Below are positions 26,253 to 35,915 of a stretch of DNA of 36,140 bases, piece after piece. The translations under genes were made by a program, and so were the position numbers. Position 1 is the stretch's first letter. Each line of letters opens with the position of its first letter. The notes beneath the pieces are model-generated. The model did not search any database. It was not told the DNA's origin and worked only from the letters and a program-made list of their open reading frames with translations. The stretch is taken from the NCBI GenBank assembly GCA_044224875.1, contig JBGAJQ010000053.1, forward strand, positions 1-36,140, in the 5' to 3' direction. Source of the DNA: Gemmatimonadaceae bacterium (lineage in GTDB: Bacteria; Gemmatimonadota; Gemmatimonadetes; Gemmatimonadales; Gemmatimonadaceae).

Positions 26253-27509
26253 TTACGGGTTCGCCTTCAACCAATCGATCGACTTCTGCAGCAGCTGCAT
26301 CGCGTAGACCGGATTGTGCACCCCCATGGAGAGTTCGCTGTTGATGTAGCCGTAGTTATACGCGGCGCCCAGCTCGCCCATCTTCCACGGGCGGCCAATG
26401 CGCGTGGCCTAGCTGGCGTCTGTCGCCATCGTGACCGTGTTGCCGTAGACGACCAGCCCAGTGGTGGGCGAAACGGTGTTGGCGCTAGCGAGCGCCGTGG
26501 CGTACTTGGTGGTCGTTTGCGTCGTGGCGAAGAGCTTGCCGTAGAAGTCGTGCGTTTGCACGGCGGAGTAGGACACCACGCCCGACGAGTTGGTGGACTT
26601 CCTGAACACCTTGCGAGCCGTCAGAAGTTCACCCAGCTCGATCCGCTTGGCGTCAATGGCGGCCTGAGTCGGCTGGATGTGACCGGTGGTGTGACAGTTC
26701 TCGCATGCGTTGGTGTTCACCTTCAGCGTGTGTCCACCCAGCTTGTTGACTGGATCGTACTGATTCATGTGGCAGGTGGTGCACGAGTTGTTCGAGTGCT
26801 GCCATACGCGAGTGTACGTCTGGCCGTTGTACTCGTAGCCGTTGACGCCCTTGAACAGGTTCGACTGGTTCCCGTCATGCACGGAGAAGCTCTGGCCCAC
26901 CTGGTAGTTCACCGGCGCGTTGTCGTCCTTGGTGGCCGAGAAGGGGAAGAACGGCAGCTGGTTGAACGTCTTCACCACACCTAACGAATCGGTGTAGCGC
27001 TCCGACGTCACGCCGCGAATCTGGTGACAGGTGGTGCAGAGGTTATTCACCTTCCCGAAGTCCGTCGCCGTCTGGTTCTTGTTGTAGTTCAGGAACACGG
27101 GCGACGTGGTCCGCAGAATCTGCGCGTTCGTGTCGACGGCGAAGTCAAAACTGGAGTGCTTGTGGCAGGTGGTGCAGCCGATGCGCGTGGCATTCGGAAT
27201 GTCGTTGGCTACGACGAACGTCCCTTGCGCGGTGATCTCCAAGAAACCGTCGTTGGTGTGGCAGCGGGCGCAGTACTTCGTGTTGCGTGAGACCGTGTTT
27301 CCAGTGAAGTGCTTGGACTGCTCGTACTGCGCGTCCATGACGCTCATGTTGCTGCTGCCGTGACAGGAAAGGCAGATTGAGTTGGCGTCCTTTCCATTGA
27401 CGCCGTTTGTGCCATTGATTCCGTTCTGCCCGGCCGGTCCCATCGGTCCTTCACACGCGGTGAGTGCGGCGGCGGTGACGACAGACAAGACGAGGAAGTG
27501 TCTTCTCAT
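26253..27509 (-). CDS. Hexaheme cytochrome c lipoprotein with collagen-like linker, containing an in-frame TAG at 26409..26411
   Basis: Lipobox LTAC and G-x-x repeats. Six CxxCH motifs (CLSCH, CARCH, CTTCH x3, CENCH). The frame continues 51 codons past TAG to SMGVHNPVYAMQLLQKSIDWL and TAA at 26253. Confidence 0.88.
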
Positions 27510-28008
27510 AGTGGCGAATCCGCTCGGAGGCTGTGGTCCGCGCGCAAGGCGGGGACACCTGGGTGACGCATATGTCCCCTATGCTCGGCGCCCCTGCCTG
27601 AGAGCGCCGTCCGGTTTGCCCTCAAAGTCTGTAGAGCAGAGCGCCACGCTCGTCGTTAGGTTTGCGCGTCGCATTCGGCTCCGTCGTGCCGCAGAAAGGG
27701 CAAAACGACCGCAGCTATTGGCCTCGTCGTGAATGTCCGAGCACCCGTCGCGGATTGTTCCGCTGGCCAATCCCGCGCGTTCTCCAATCATCGCGTCGGT
27801 GAACGCCTTCGCGGTGCACTCGGCGACGATTTCGTTTCCAGTCAGGTCCGCGGGCACTTCGGCCGATTGTGCGGGCACGAGTTGCCCCCAACACAGAGCC
27901 TTTCGTCCCTCACACCCTCCCCGCGGCGGCACTGGAACGCCATCGTACGTAGACAGCTGCCGCCGCATGGCACTGCTGACCCTTCCGCTTCTACCAGTCC
28001 ACGCCCTC

Positions 28009-29214
28009 ATGAACTCCCGGCTTCCTGTTGCGTTGGCGTTGTGCACCGTAGCCTGCGGCCCGGCCGACACACCGCCCGAGCACTACGCATTCGTCGCGCT
28101 CCTCGGTCGCGACACGGTATCGGTGGAGCGTGTCGCGAGGTCCCACCGCCGCCTCGTGACGGACATTGTCGATCGCTTCCCGTTAGTTCGACTCCGTCAC
28201 ACCGAGTTTGATCTGACGGATGACGGGAGGATTCGGAAGATGGTCATGGACGTCCGCACACCGAACGGCAAGACCCCCGCTGAACGTGGACGGCGGGTGA
28301 CCGCGGACGTTACCGACGCCGGCGTGAGCATTTCCGTTCGCGACAGCGCCGCCGTGCATGACACCACATTCTCGGCGCCTAACGCGATAGTTGTCCCACA
28401 TGTCTCGATGATGTACAGCGTGATCGAGCTGGAGGTGGCCGCAGCCCTTCGCCGAGCCGCCACACAGGGCCTGAAGCCGGGCGATAGTGTGCAGTTCCGG
28501 CAGTTCTATCCAGACCGCAACGTTGGTCGAAGCTTTGCCCTGCACGAAGGGTTCGTGCACCCGCGAGACAGCGGGAAGGTCGAATTGCGACACGACTGGC
28601 TGTCGGGCACCGGCGACCTCAATGTGGACAGTGCGGGCCGCTTGCTCGCGTACTCCGGAGCGCGCACCACCTATCAAGTGACCGTGACGCGCTCCACCGC
28701 TGCCCCAGACATTGCCGCGATCGGAACGCGGTTTGCCGCCGCCGAGGCGAGCGTGGGCCCCAACCAGCTGAGCGTCCGCGATACGGCGCGAGCGGCCATT
28801 GGGTCGGCCACGTTCACCATCGACTATGGACGGCCGCTGGCGCGAGGTCGTGTGCTCCTCGGCAATGTCATCCCATTCGACTACGTATGGCGAACCGGCG
28901 CCAACGCCGCCACACAGTTCACGACCTCGGCACCTATCACATTGGATGGGTTGAAGCTGTCGGCTGGCACGTACACCCTCTGGACAATTCCTCGCCTGAC
29001 CGGGGTCGAGCTGGTCGTCAACACGCAGACCGGGCAGTGGGGCACGGGATACGACAAGACCCACGACCTTGGCCGAGCGCCACTCAAGGTCGAAACGCTC
29101 ACGGATTCCGTGGAGAAGTTCACGATGGCCGTAGAGCCAAAGGATGCGAAGCATGGCACGCTCGTGCTGTCGTGGGGGACGTTCCGCTGGACGGCGCCGA
29201 TCACAGTGCAGTGA
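28009..29214 (+). CDS. DUF2911 domain lipoprotein
   Basis: Lipobox TVAC from ATG 28009. C-terminal LSVRDT...IDYGRPLARGR...VWRTGANAAT...GTYTLWTIP...GQWGT is the DUF2911 pattern. Confidence 0.88.
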   Translation: MNSRLPVALALCTVACGPADTPPEHYAFVALLGRDTVSVERVARSHRRLVTDIVDRFPLVRLRHTEFDLTDDGRIRKMVMDVRTPNGKTPAERGRRVTADVTDAGVSISVRDSAAVHDTTFSAPNAIVVPHVSMMYSVIELEVAAALRRAATQGLKPGDSVQFRQFYPDRNVGRSFALHEGFVHPRDSGKVELRHDWLSGTGDLNVDSAGRLLAYSGARTTYQVTVTRSTAAPDIAAIGTRFAAAEASVGPNQLSVRDTARAAIGSATFTIDYGRPLARGRVLLGNVIPFDYVWRTGANAATQFTTSAPITLDGLKLSAGTYTLWTIPRLTGVELVVNTQTGQWGTGYDKTHDLGRAPLKVETLTDSVEKFTMAVEPKDAKHGTLVLSWGTFRWTAPITVQ

Positions 29215-29403
29215 GCCGGCATCATGCGCCGTCCGGCCGCTGGGCACTGGACTTGGGTCGCGGCCGGGCACGAATTCATGCGTCCCCAGGGTTCAACCTC
29301 GCTCGGCAATCGATACGCCCTCAGAACGAGAGTTCGCGGTTTTGACGAGGAGTGTGCCCCATCGCGTCTTGCCACTCGGCGACTCAGACACGACGTTTAC
29401 GCC

Positions 29404-29904
29404 ATGCATCGTCGCACTCCCTCCGTGTGGCCACGCGCAAGCCGGGCGCTCTGTCTCCTTCCGCTCGCCGCCGGCTGCTACCGCTATGCGCCAGTGAAGG
29501 CGAGCGACGTAGGCCCGGGCATGGGGATTCGTGCCCGTGTCACGGTGGAAGCCGGCGCCCGCATCGCCCCCTTACTCGGAACCACATCCGCGCGCGACCT
29601 GCGCGGGACCCTCGTCACTGCCACAACGGACACGCTCGTGGTCGAGGTGCCGGCCCCCGGCGTCCCCGATCCGGACGCGAGTGGTCGAGTATTGAATCAG
29701 CGAGTCTCCGTGGCTCGTTCCGAGGTGTTGGAGCTGGAGACTCGCACCTTGGACCGTGTGCGCACCGTGGCCCTGGTTGGAGGGTCGGCGGCGGTTTTGG
29801 TCTCGGTGCTGGTGAAGGTCCTTAAAGGGGAGCCCGGAGCGGACAAGACGCCCGGGCAGGGCGGCACCGACGACATCGTGCCACTCTTCGGGCGCGGCAG
29901 GTAG
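29404..29904 (+). CDS. Hypothetical lipoprotein with a C-terminal hydrophobic helix
   Basis: Lipobox AAGC-YRYAPV from ATG 29404, a small beta domain, then RTVALVGGSAAVLVSVLV. Confidence 0.65.
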   Translation: MHRRTPSVWPRASRALCLLPLAAGCYRYAPVKASDVGPGMGIRARVTVEAGARIAPLLGTTSARDLRGTLVTATTDTLVVEVPAPGVPDPDASGRVLNQRVSVARSEVLELETRTLDRVRTVALVGGSAAVLVSVLVKVLKGEPGADKTPGQGGTDDIVPLFGRGR

Positions 29905-29981
29905 TCGCCTGGGGCAGTGCCGGTCCCCGACGTCCACTCGATCGGCCTGGCGATCCAGCGTGTACGGGTCGAATCGCACAC

Positions 29982-30019
29982 AAACGAAACGCCCGGCAGC
30001 CACAACGGCCGCCGGGCGT
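29982..30019 (-). terminator. Rho-independent terminator of the susCD unit
   Basis: Minus strand ACGCCCGGCGGCC-GTTGT-GGCTGCCGGGCGT-TTCGTTTG: 13-bp stem with one G-U, 15 nt after the susD stop. Confidence 0.75.
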
Positions 30020-30034
30020 CCTCATTCCCCAGTG

Positions 30035-31363
30035 TCACCCGGGGATGTTGGGGTTCGTCTGTCGCTCCGAACGAGAGACGGGGAAGCAGAGGTCCTGCTT
30101 CTGCAAGTGCGATCCCGTCCCCGGCAGTTCCAGCGGATCGAGCGCGCCGGGGGTGTTTGCCGCCTTCCAGCGACGCATGTCGCCCAAGCGACGAGCCTCG
30201 AGCCACATCTCGATGCCGCGCTCGCGCTTCAGCAGTCGCCAGCCTTCGGTGATCGTGGTGGCGGTGATGGCGCTGGTGCCGGCATTCGAGCGCACCAGGT
30301 TCATCGCCGTCAGTGCGCCGGCCAAGTCATTGTTCTTCAACTTGGCTTCGGCTTCGATCAACCGCATTTCCCGTCCACTGGTTAGGCGGATGGGAGACGC
30401 CGAGGTGGTGTGCTTACCCTCCGGCAGGAACGGGACGCGGCCGCAACATTCGATCGCGGCGTCACCCAGCAGGGTGGTGGTCGTGATGGGCACCCGCGGA
30501 TCTGGTGTTGCGGTCTTGTAGTCCAGGTACCAGGTGCTCCACTGGGTGTGGGCGCGGTACGGTGTGTTGCCCATGGCCCAGGCGATACGATTCCTCTGAT
30601 CGTCGTCGCCGATGTTGAAGTACGCCATGTTGAAGACGAAGCCAATCGGGACGAGTCCGGCGTCCGTCACGGCTTCGTTCCATTTGTCGAGGAAGATGCG
30701 TGTCCCGGCCCGGCCTCCGTACGCGGCGTTGGCTTGCGACGCGATGGTGGCTGGCGTGCCACCCGTGACGGCGATCGCCTTCGTGAACAGGCTTTCAGCG
30801 CGCTGGAAGTACGCAGCGTTCGGCTTGATTGGACTGCCGTCGAACACGGCTTCGCACATGTTCTCGCCCAGCATCCGGTTGGCGAAGCCGGCATAGAGAT
30901 ATGCCAGCTGCAACAGGTTGTTGTACTGCGCCGGCGTCTGCAACGAGCCGGCCGGAGGCGGTCCGGCGGCCTCCAGACGGCGGATGGACTCCTCCGCCTG
31001 CCACCGTGCGCGCTGGGCCAGCTCCCAGTGCGTATTCAGGTCTCCGTCGTCCGCTGACAGCTCACCACTCTGCCAGCGATTGGTGATGCCAAAGGAGCCA
31101 GTCGAACCGGCGGGGTGGATCTCACGCGCCACGGCCGCGCCGGTGTAGCTGACCCAGTTCAAGCCGCCGGACAGCGCACGGCCGGAGCCATTCACCATCG
31201 CCGATGCTGCATTGCGGTCAGCAAGGAATGTGTCCTGCACGGGGCCAGGATTGGTCACCTTCGTGTCGCAGGCGGCGAGCCCCGTCAGCAGCACGGAGCC
31301 GCACGCGAGGTGTCGGAAGAATCGCATGGTCACGGTCTCGGGTTTGGAGTGTTGTCTCGTCAT
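30035..31363 (-). CDS. susD: RagB/SusD family nutrient-binding outer-membrane lipoprotein
   Basis: Lipobox LAAC. EMRLIEAEA, MNLVR, ERGIEMWLEARRLGDMRRW and FPVSRSERQTNPN. Directly after susC with a GGGAG RBS. Confidence 0.92.
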   Translation of the reverse strand: MTRQHSKPETVTMRFFRHLACGSVLLTGLAACDTKVTNPGPVQDTFLADRNAASAMVNGSGRALSGGLNWVSYTGAAVAREIHPAGSTGSFGITNRWQSGELSADDGDLNTHWELAQRARWQAEESIRRLEAAGPPPAGSLQTPAQYNNLLQLAYLYAGFANRMLGENMCEAVFDGSPIKPNAAYFQRAESLFTKAIAVTGGTPATIASQANAAYGGRAGTRIFLDKWNEAVTDAGLVPIGFVFNMAYFNIGDDDQRNRIAWAMGNTPYRAHTQWSTWYLDYKTATPDPRVPITTTTLLGDAAIECCGRVPFLPEGKHTTSASPIRLTSGREMRLIEAEAKLKNNDLAGALTAMNLVRSNAGTSAITATTITEGWRLLKRERGIEMWLEARRLGDMRRWKAANTPGALDPLELPGTGSHLQKQDLCFPVSRSERQTNPNIPG

Positions 31364-31375
31364 GATGGGCTCCCG

Positions 31376-34300
31376 TTAAAACACGATGCGCAGCGAGGCG
31401 GTGAACGTCGCCGGCGGCGGTACGTGTTCGAGAATGGAGCGAACCTGCGAGTCAAACCCACCGTTATTCCCGGTCTCAGGGTCGAACACCGGGAAATCCT
31501 TGTTGACCCATTTGACGGCGTTGCGCGCGGAGATGGTCAGGTTGGCCGACGAAACACCAGCGGTCCACCGGCGCGGGATAGGAACAACCATCGACACGTC
31601 TCTCAGCTTGAAGAAATCTGCGGGATAGATGAAATAGTCGGCTCGAGTGAGGGACACCGTGCAACGCGCCTTGTCCAGCGCCGTCGCCTCGGCCAACCGG
31701 TTCGTCTCCTGCAGCGTGTAGAAGTTGTAGCAGCCGGGCCAACGCACCGAACGCACGACGGCGTTGTAGGCCGCACCGTCATAGATGTAGTGCCCAGCTT
31801 GATACTCGCCGACGGCGCTGATCGTGATGCGATAGGGGAGGGTGAGCGACGTCCGGATGCCAAAGGTCTTGTCCGGAAGGTTCGGGCCAAAGACGCAGTC
31901 CTTGGGATCCGTACTGATGACTGGGTCGGCGCCCTTAGCGTTCGGATTGGTGAGGCACTGGTCGGTGCGGATGACAGGGATCGGCTGCCCCTTCATGATC
32001 CAGCCGAAGTTGCCGAGCGAGAAGTCGGCGGCGCCACCAAGCGACAAGACTTCACTGGACGTGGTGTACATCGAGCCACCGACGGTCCACTCGTAGTTCT
32101 TGGTGCGAATCACCGGAACATCGGCCGACAGCTCAATCCCGCTGCTCTTCATGGACCCGACGTTCTGCAGCTGCGAGTTCAGGAAGCCGAGGGAGGGAAT
32201 CTGGCGAGCGTTGAACAGGGCGTCTTCGATCCGTCGGTTGAAGTACGTGAAGTTGGTGGTCAGACGATCGCCAAAGAATGCGGCGTCGAACCCGGCCTCG
32301 ATTTCGCTGGTGCGTTCCGGACCGAGCTTGTCGTTCCCGACGTTCCTGGTGAAGAAGGCGGGCTGACCGCCCCATCCCACAGGATCCCAGGTGCGCACGG
32401 CGTCGAAGGCGCCAGGCGCGCGGCCCGACTGACCCCAGGCGAGTCGCACCTTCAACTCCGGATTCCACTTGGGCCAGAAGGTCTCCTCGGACGCCACCCA
32501 AGACACGCTCACCTTCGGGTACTGCTGCAACCCGAAGCTCCGGCCGAACGCGGAGTTGCCGTCGATGCGCAGGCCGGCGGTGATGAAGTAGCGGTTCTTG
32601 TAGTCGAGCAGCAGCTGCCCAAAGCCGCCGGCGTTGATCACGCGCGAGCGCGATTCAAAGCCAAGGGTGGTGCCCGCGCTGGTCACGGTCGGTTCGCCGG
32701 GGCCAGGGAAGTTCTCGCCGTACGCGGACGTCTCGCGGTTCTCCGTGGTGATGCCCTGCGCACCCCACGAAATCGTCGTGCGCAATTGATCGCCAACGGG
32801 CTGCACGAAGTTCCCGACGTAGTCGACCGTGATGTTCTGGTACGAATTCCGCCGGTCAGAGATGATGCCGGTTGGTGCCGACACGAACCCAAATGGTCGC
32901 AGGTTGCGATTCTCGATCTGCGCCATGTCGTAGCCGAGTGTCAGCTTGTTCGTGAGCTTCGTGCTCGGGCTCCAGGCGATCGAGCCACCGGTGATGAAGT
33001 GGTCGATGAAGCTGTTGAGGTCCTGGTCCAACATCTTCGCGACGATCTCTGGACGGTCATTCGAGGCGTAGTTCCGGTCGCGACGGAACGCGTTCAGGGT
33101 CAGGCCGTGCGCGTTGTTGCCGGCGGCCGTGTTGGTGATTTCATCCTTGGTGTACGAGGTGTTCCACGAGAAGAGCAGGTTCGCGATGGGTGTGAACGAG
33201 AAATTGCCGCGCACCGAATTGCGCTTCTCATTGTCGTTCGGAAGCACGCCGTTTTCGTTCGTGCCAGTCCCGGAGACGAAGTACTTCAGGGCCTCGCCGC
33301 CACCGCCAACGGAGAGCGAGTAACGCTGCTGCAACCCGTCGCGGAGCCAGGGATCGATGAACAGGTACCGTGAGGTGCCACCGGCGCGTGAGACGCCTCG
33401 CGTCGGAAGCCCGGAGAATCGGTTCGGGAACGAGTCGCGATAGGCCTGCAACGTACCCGAGCAGGGCTGCACGATGGCGCATCCATAGATAGTGTCGCTC
33501 GGCGGGGCTTCGCTCATGTCCGGGCCAAATGGCAGCGCGTGCACAAAGCCCTGATCCACGTTGAACGTCCACACCGGTTTTCCCGAACGGCCGCTCTTGG
33601 TGAAGATCTGGATCACGCCGGCCGCCGCTTCCGTTCCGTACAGCGTTGCAGCTGCGGCGCCCTTGATGATCTCCACCCGTTCGATGTCGTTCGGGTTGAT
33701 GTCGTTCATCGGGCTGGCGACGTCGTTGCCGCTACGCAGGTCGGACCCCGTCGGGGGCACATTGCGGGCGTAGCCGTCGCTCCGGATGCGAACGCCATCC
33801 ACGTACACGAGCGGTTGGTTGCTCATCGCCACGCTGACGTTGCCGCGCAGTCGGATCATGGAGCCACTGCCGGCGCCTGCGGAACTGGGCATGACCTGTA
33901 GCCCCGGTGCCTGTCCCTGGAGGAGCTGCCCGACATTGGACGGCGGCAGCTTCACCTCGGAGAGGTTGATCTGCGAGACGCTGTTGCCGAGTTCGCGATT
34001 GCGTGCGGCGCCGGCGGCGCCGGTGACGACCACCGCGTCCAGCGACAAGGCCTGCGTCTTCAGCGTGAAGTCCTGCGTGGTTGTCTGGCCAGAGCGCACA
34101 CTGATCGTGGCATCCTCTGGCCGGTGCCCGATCAGCATCGCCCGCAGGCGGACGGCTCCGACGGGCACGTTGACCAGGGTGTACCGACCGTTATCGCCGG
34201 TTCTGGTGCCGAGCCTTGTGCCGACGATCTGGATCTGTGCGTTGGGGAGTGGCTGTCCGGCCTCACCGCTTACGGTGCCACTGACCGTTCCAGTTTGGGC

Positions 34301-34387
34301 ACCGAGTCGCGCAGCGCACAACAGCGCTACAGCTGCAACGCACGGTGTCAGGCGACGTACAAACGGCTTCCTGACATGCATAGGCAT
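31376..34387 (-). CDS. susC: SusC/RagA family TonB-dependent receptor
   Basis: N-terminal carboxypeptidase-regulatory-like domain and TonB box LDAVVVTG. Plug motifs PLVYVDGV and DINPNDIERVEIIKGAAAATLYGTEAAAGVIQIFTK. LGPERTSEIEAG and terminal F. Start set at ATG 34387 (GAGGG upstream). Confidence 0.95.
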   Translation of the reverse strand: MPMHVRKPFVRRLTPCVAAVALLCAARLGAQTGTVSGTVSGEAGQPLPNAQIQIVGTRLGTRTGDNGRYTLVNVPVGAVRLRAMLIGHRPEDATISVRSGQTTTQDFTLKTQALSLDAVVVTGAAGAARNRELGNSVSQINLSEVKLPPSNVGQLLQGQAPGLQVMPSSAGAGSGSMIRLRGNVSVAMSNQPLVYVDGVRIRSDGYARNVPPTGSDLRSGNDVASPMNDINPNDIERVEIIKGAAAATLYGTEAAAGVIQIFTKSGRSGKPVWTFNVDQGFVHALPFGPDMSEAPPSDTIYGCAIVQPCSGTLQAYRDSFPNRFSGLPTRGVSRAGGTSRYLFIDPWLRDGLQQRYSLSVGGGGEALKYFVSGTGTNENGVLPNDNEKRNSVRGNFSFTPIANLLFSWNTSYTKDEITNTAAGNNAHGLTLNAFRRDRNYASNDRPEIVAKMLDQDLNSFIDHFITGGSIAWSPSTKLTNKLTLGYDMAQIENRNLRPFGFVSAPTGIISDRRNSYQNITVDYVGNFVQPVGDQLRTTISWGAQGITTENRETSAYGENFPGPGEPTVTSAGTTLGFESRSRVINAGGFGQLLLDYKNRYFITAGLRIDGNSAFGRSFGLQQYPKVSVSWVASEETFWPKWNPELKVRLAWGQSGRAPGAFDAVRTWDPVGWGGQPAFFTRNVGNDKLGPERTSEIEAGFDAAFFGDRLTTNFTYFNRRIEDALFNARQIPSLGFLNSQLQNVGSMKSSGIELSADVPVIRTKNYEWTVGGSMYTTSSEVLSLGGAADFSLGNFGWIMKGQPIPVIRTDQCLTNPNAKGADPVISTDPKDCVFGPNLPDKTFGIRTSLTLPYRITISAVGEYQAGHYIYDGAAYNAVVRSVRWPGCYNFYTLQETNRLAEATALDKARCTVSLTRADYFIYPADFFKLRDVSMVVPIPRRWTAGVSSANLTISARNAVKWVNKDFPVFDPETGNNGGFDSQVRSILEHVPPPATFTASLRIVF

Positions 34388-34475
34388 GGGAGACCCTCGT
34401 GTGGGGGGTGGTCTTGCCGCGCCGCGCCGAACGGCGCTGCCCCACGTTACGTCCTGAGCCGTTCCAGTCAAGCTG

Positions 34476-34823
34476 TCAGTTGATGCGAATTTCCAGCGTT
34501 GCCTCGCTCTGGTTCGCCGCACCGTCCGTGACGGTGACACGTGCGGTGTAGGTGCCGCGCGTGGTATACGCGTGCCGAAACGTCACTCTCGCCGTATTCG
34601 CGCCGGCGGTCGCATAGCTGTCCGTCCCGCCATCCCCGTAATCCATGACCAGTCCCACGAGATTGGTCCCGCTGGCCGATGCGACCATCGACACACTCTC
34701 GCCGACGACGGCCGTGGCTGAACCACTCGTCAGGCTCACGTTCAGTGGTGCGATCCCCTCCGGCGCGGTGCTGCAGGCAGCAGTGCCCAGGAGCACGAGG
34801 AGGGTGAGTCGAGAAAGGGACAT
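34476..34823 (-). CDS. Small PKD/Ig-like domain lipoprotein
   Basis: Lipobox TAAC. MDYGDG...HAYTTRGTYTARVTVTD is the PKD signature. Confidence 0.85.
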   Translation of the reverse strand: MSLSRLTLLVLLGTAACSTAPEGIAPLNVSLTSGSATAVVGESVSMVASASGTNLVGLVMDYGDGGTDSYATAGANTARVTFRHAYTTRGTYTARVTVTDGAANQSEATLEIRIN

Positions 34824-34891
34824 CCTGAAGAATCGGTGAAAGGCTCCAGTGCCGCCAGAGTAGCATGGCGCCGCTAACCCTCGGGAGGTCT

Positions 34892-35899
34892 CTATCCGAT
34901 CAGGTAAATCGCACGTGGATCGGCGCCGGACTTGACGAGGAGTTCCGGTGTGGTGTCCTCCGGGATTCCTTCCAGGAGCAGCGCGGTCGTTCCCTGATCG
35001 AACGCCTCCTGCACGGAGCGGCCGAAGCCAATCGCACGATAGAACGCCGCGGCGAACGTGATTGCCGCGAGGTCACCGATCGCGCGGTTCATCCCGATCG
35101 CACAGTCGATGACTTCCGTGATGGCCTCCGCCTGTGCGCGGGAGTAACAGGCGTTCAGGATCACGACCCGGACATTGTCCTTGAGCGTCGCGAACAAGTG
35201 CCGCAATGCCACCTTCGACACCGTCTTCAGGGTACGCGCGGAGTCCTGGAGCATGATTTCCTCTGACGGGCTCCCGTGTCCGCTGAAGTGCACGATGTGC
35301 GGGCGAACTTCGTTCAGGTGTTGCAGCAGATCTTGCGGCTGGACCGCCCACTTGGCCACGAACTCCAACTGGTCGCGATACTCGGCGCCGCGAATCTTCT
35401 CGCCGATCTCGCGGCATTCTTCGTCCAGTGAGAGCATGGCGGTGCCACTGGGATTCGCCGCCAAGAACAGGAGCCGGCAGCGCGCTTCGCCGCCCGGGAT
35501 GCGCCGCTCACCGGACCGCGGTGGGTGTGGCTCCGGAGGCGCGCGGTGCGTCGTTGCGTCTGGCGGAGCGCTCCGCTCGAGATCCCTGAATGAGACGGCC
35601 GAGCGCGCGGCTGTCGCTGTGACCCCCAAGTCGATACGACGGCTCTCGATTTCGTCCACCAGCTGCAGCAGGGCAAAGGCCACCTGTTGTCGGGATGCGG
35701 AGCCGGCGGTCGCCGAGTGAAGTCCAAGGCGCTCGCCCTTGATGGTGTCGGCGACCCGACCGGCCTGCAGGATGGCCTCATTCCGCAAGTCGCTGGGGAG
35801 CTTCTGGCCGACGCTGACGAGCAGGTCCGCGGCTTGCCGCAGTTCGTTGGTCGTCAGGAGTTCGCGCAGTCGCTGTGCGACAGGGATCACTTCATCCAT
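34892..35899 (-). CDS. CHAT (caspase-like) peptidase with N-terminal EAD11-like helical domain
   Basis: LLFLAANP...LSLDEECREI, with catalytic dyad HIVHFSGHG and VILNAC. The N-terminal ~85-aa helical domain has an EAD11-like pattern. Confidence 0.88.
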   Translation of the reverse strand: MDEVIPVAQRLRELLTTNELRQAADLLVSVGQKLPSDLRNEAILQAGRVADTIKGERLGLHSATAGSASRQQVAFALLQLVDEIESRRIDLGVTATAARSAVSFRDLERSAPPDATTHRAPPEPHPPRSGERRIPGGEARCRLLFLAANPSGTAMLSLDEECREIGEKIRGAEYRDQLEFVAKWAVQPQDLLQHLNEVRPHIVHFSGHGSPSEEIMLQDSARTLKTVSKVALRHLFATLKDNVRVVILNACYSRAQAEAITEVIDCAIGMNRAIGDLAAITFAAAFYRAIGFGRSVQEAFDQGTTALLLEGIPEDTTPELLVKSGADPRAIYLIG

Positions 35900-35915
35900 A
35901 GGGCGATGTCGTCGG

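Noticed and set aside
27590..27730. GGGCAAA and CTCTCAGGC strings suggesting c-di-GMP-I or glycine riboswitches
   Set aside because: The required companions (GAAA tetraloop with GCAAAG; GGAGA and CCGAAG) are absent.
27733..28008. Long N-terminal extensions given by the ORF track (also 18912, 29224, 34540, 12717)
   Set aside because: Downstream ATGs give proper signal peptides or lipoboxes, and the extensions look non-coding.
31115..33373. 752-aa ORF on the + strand
   Set aside because: Antisense shadow of susC. GC-rich codon bias suppresses stops, and no recognisable motifs are present.
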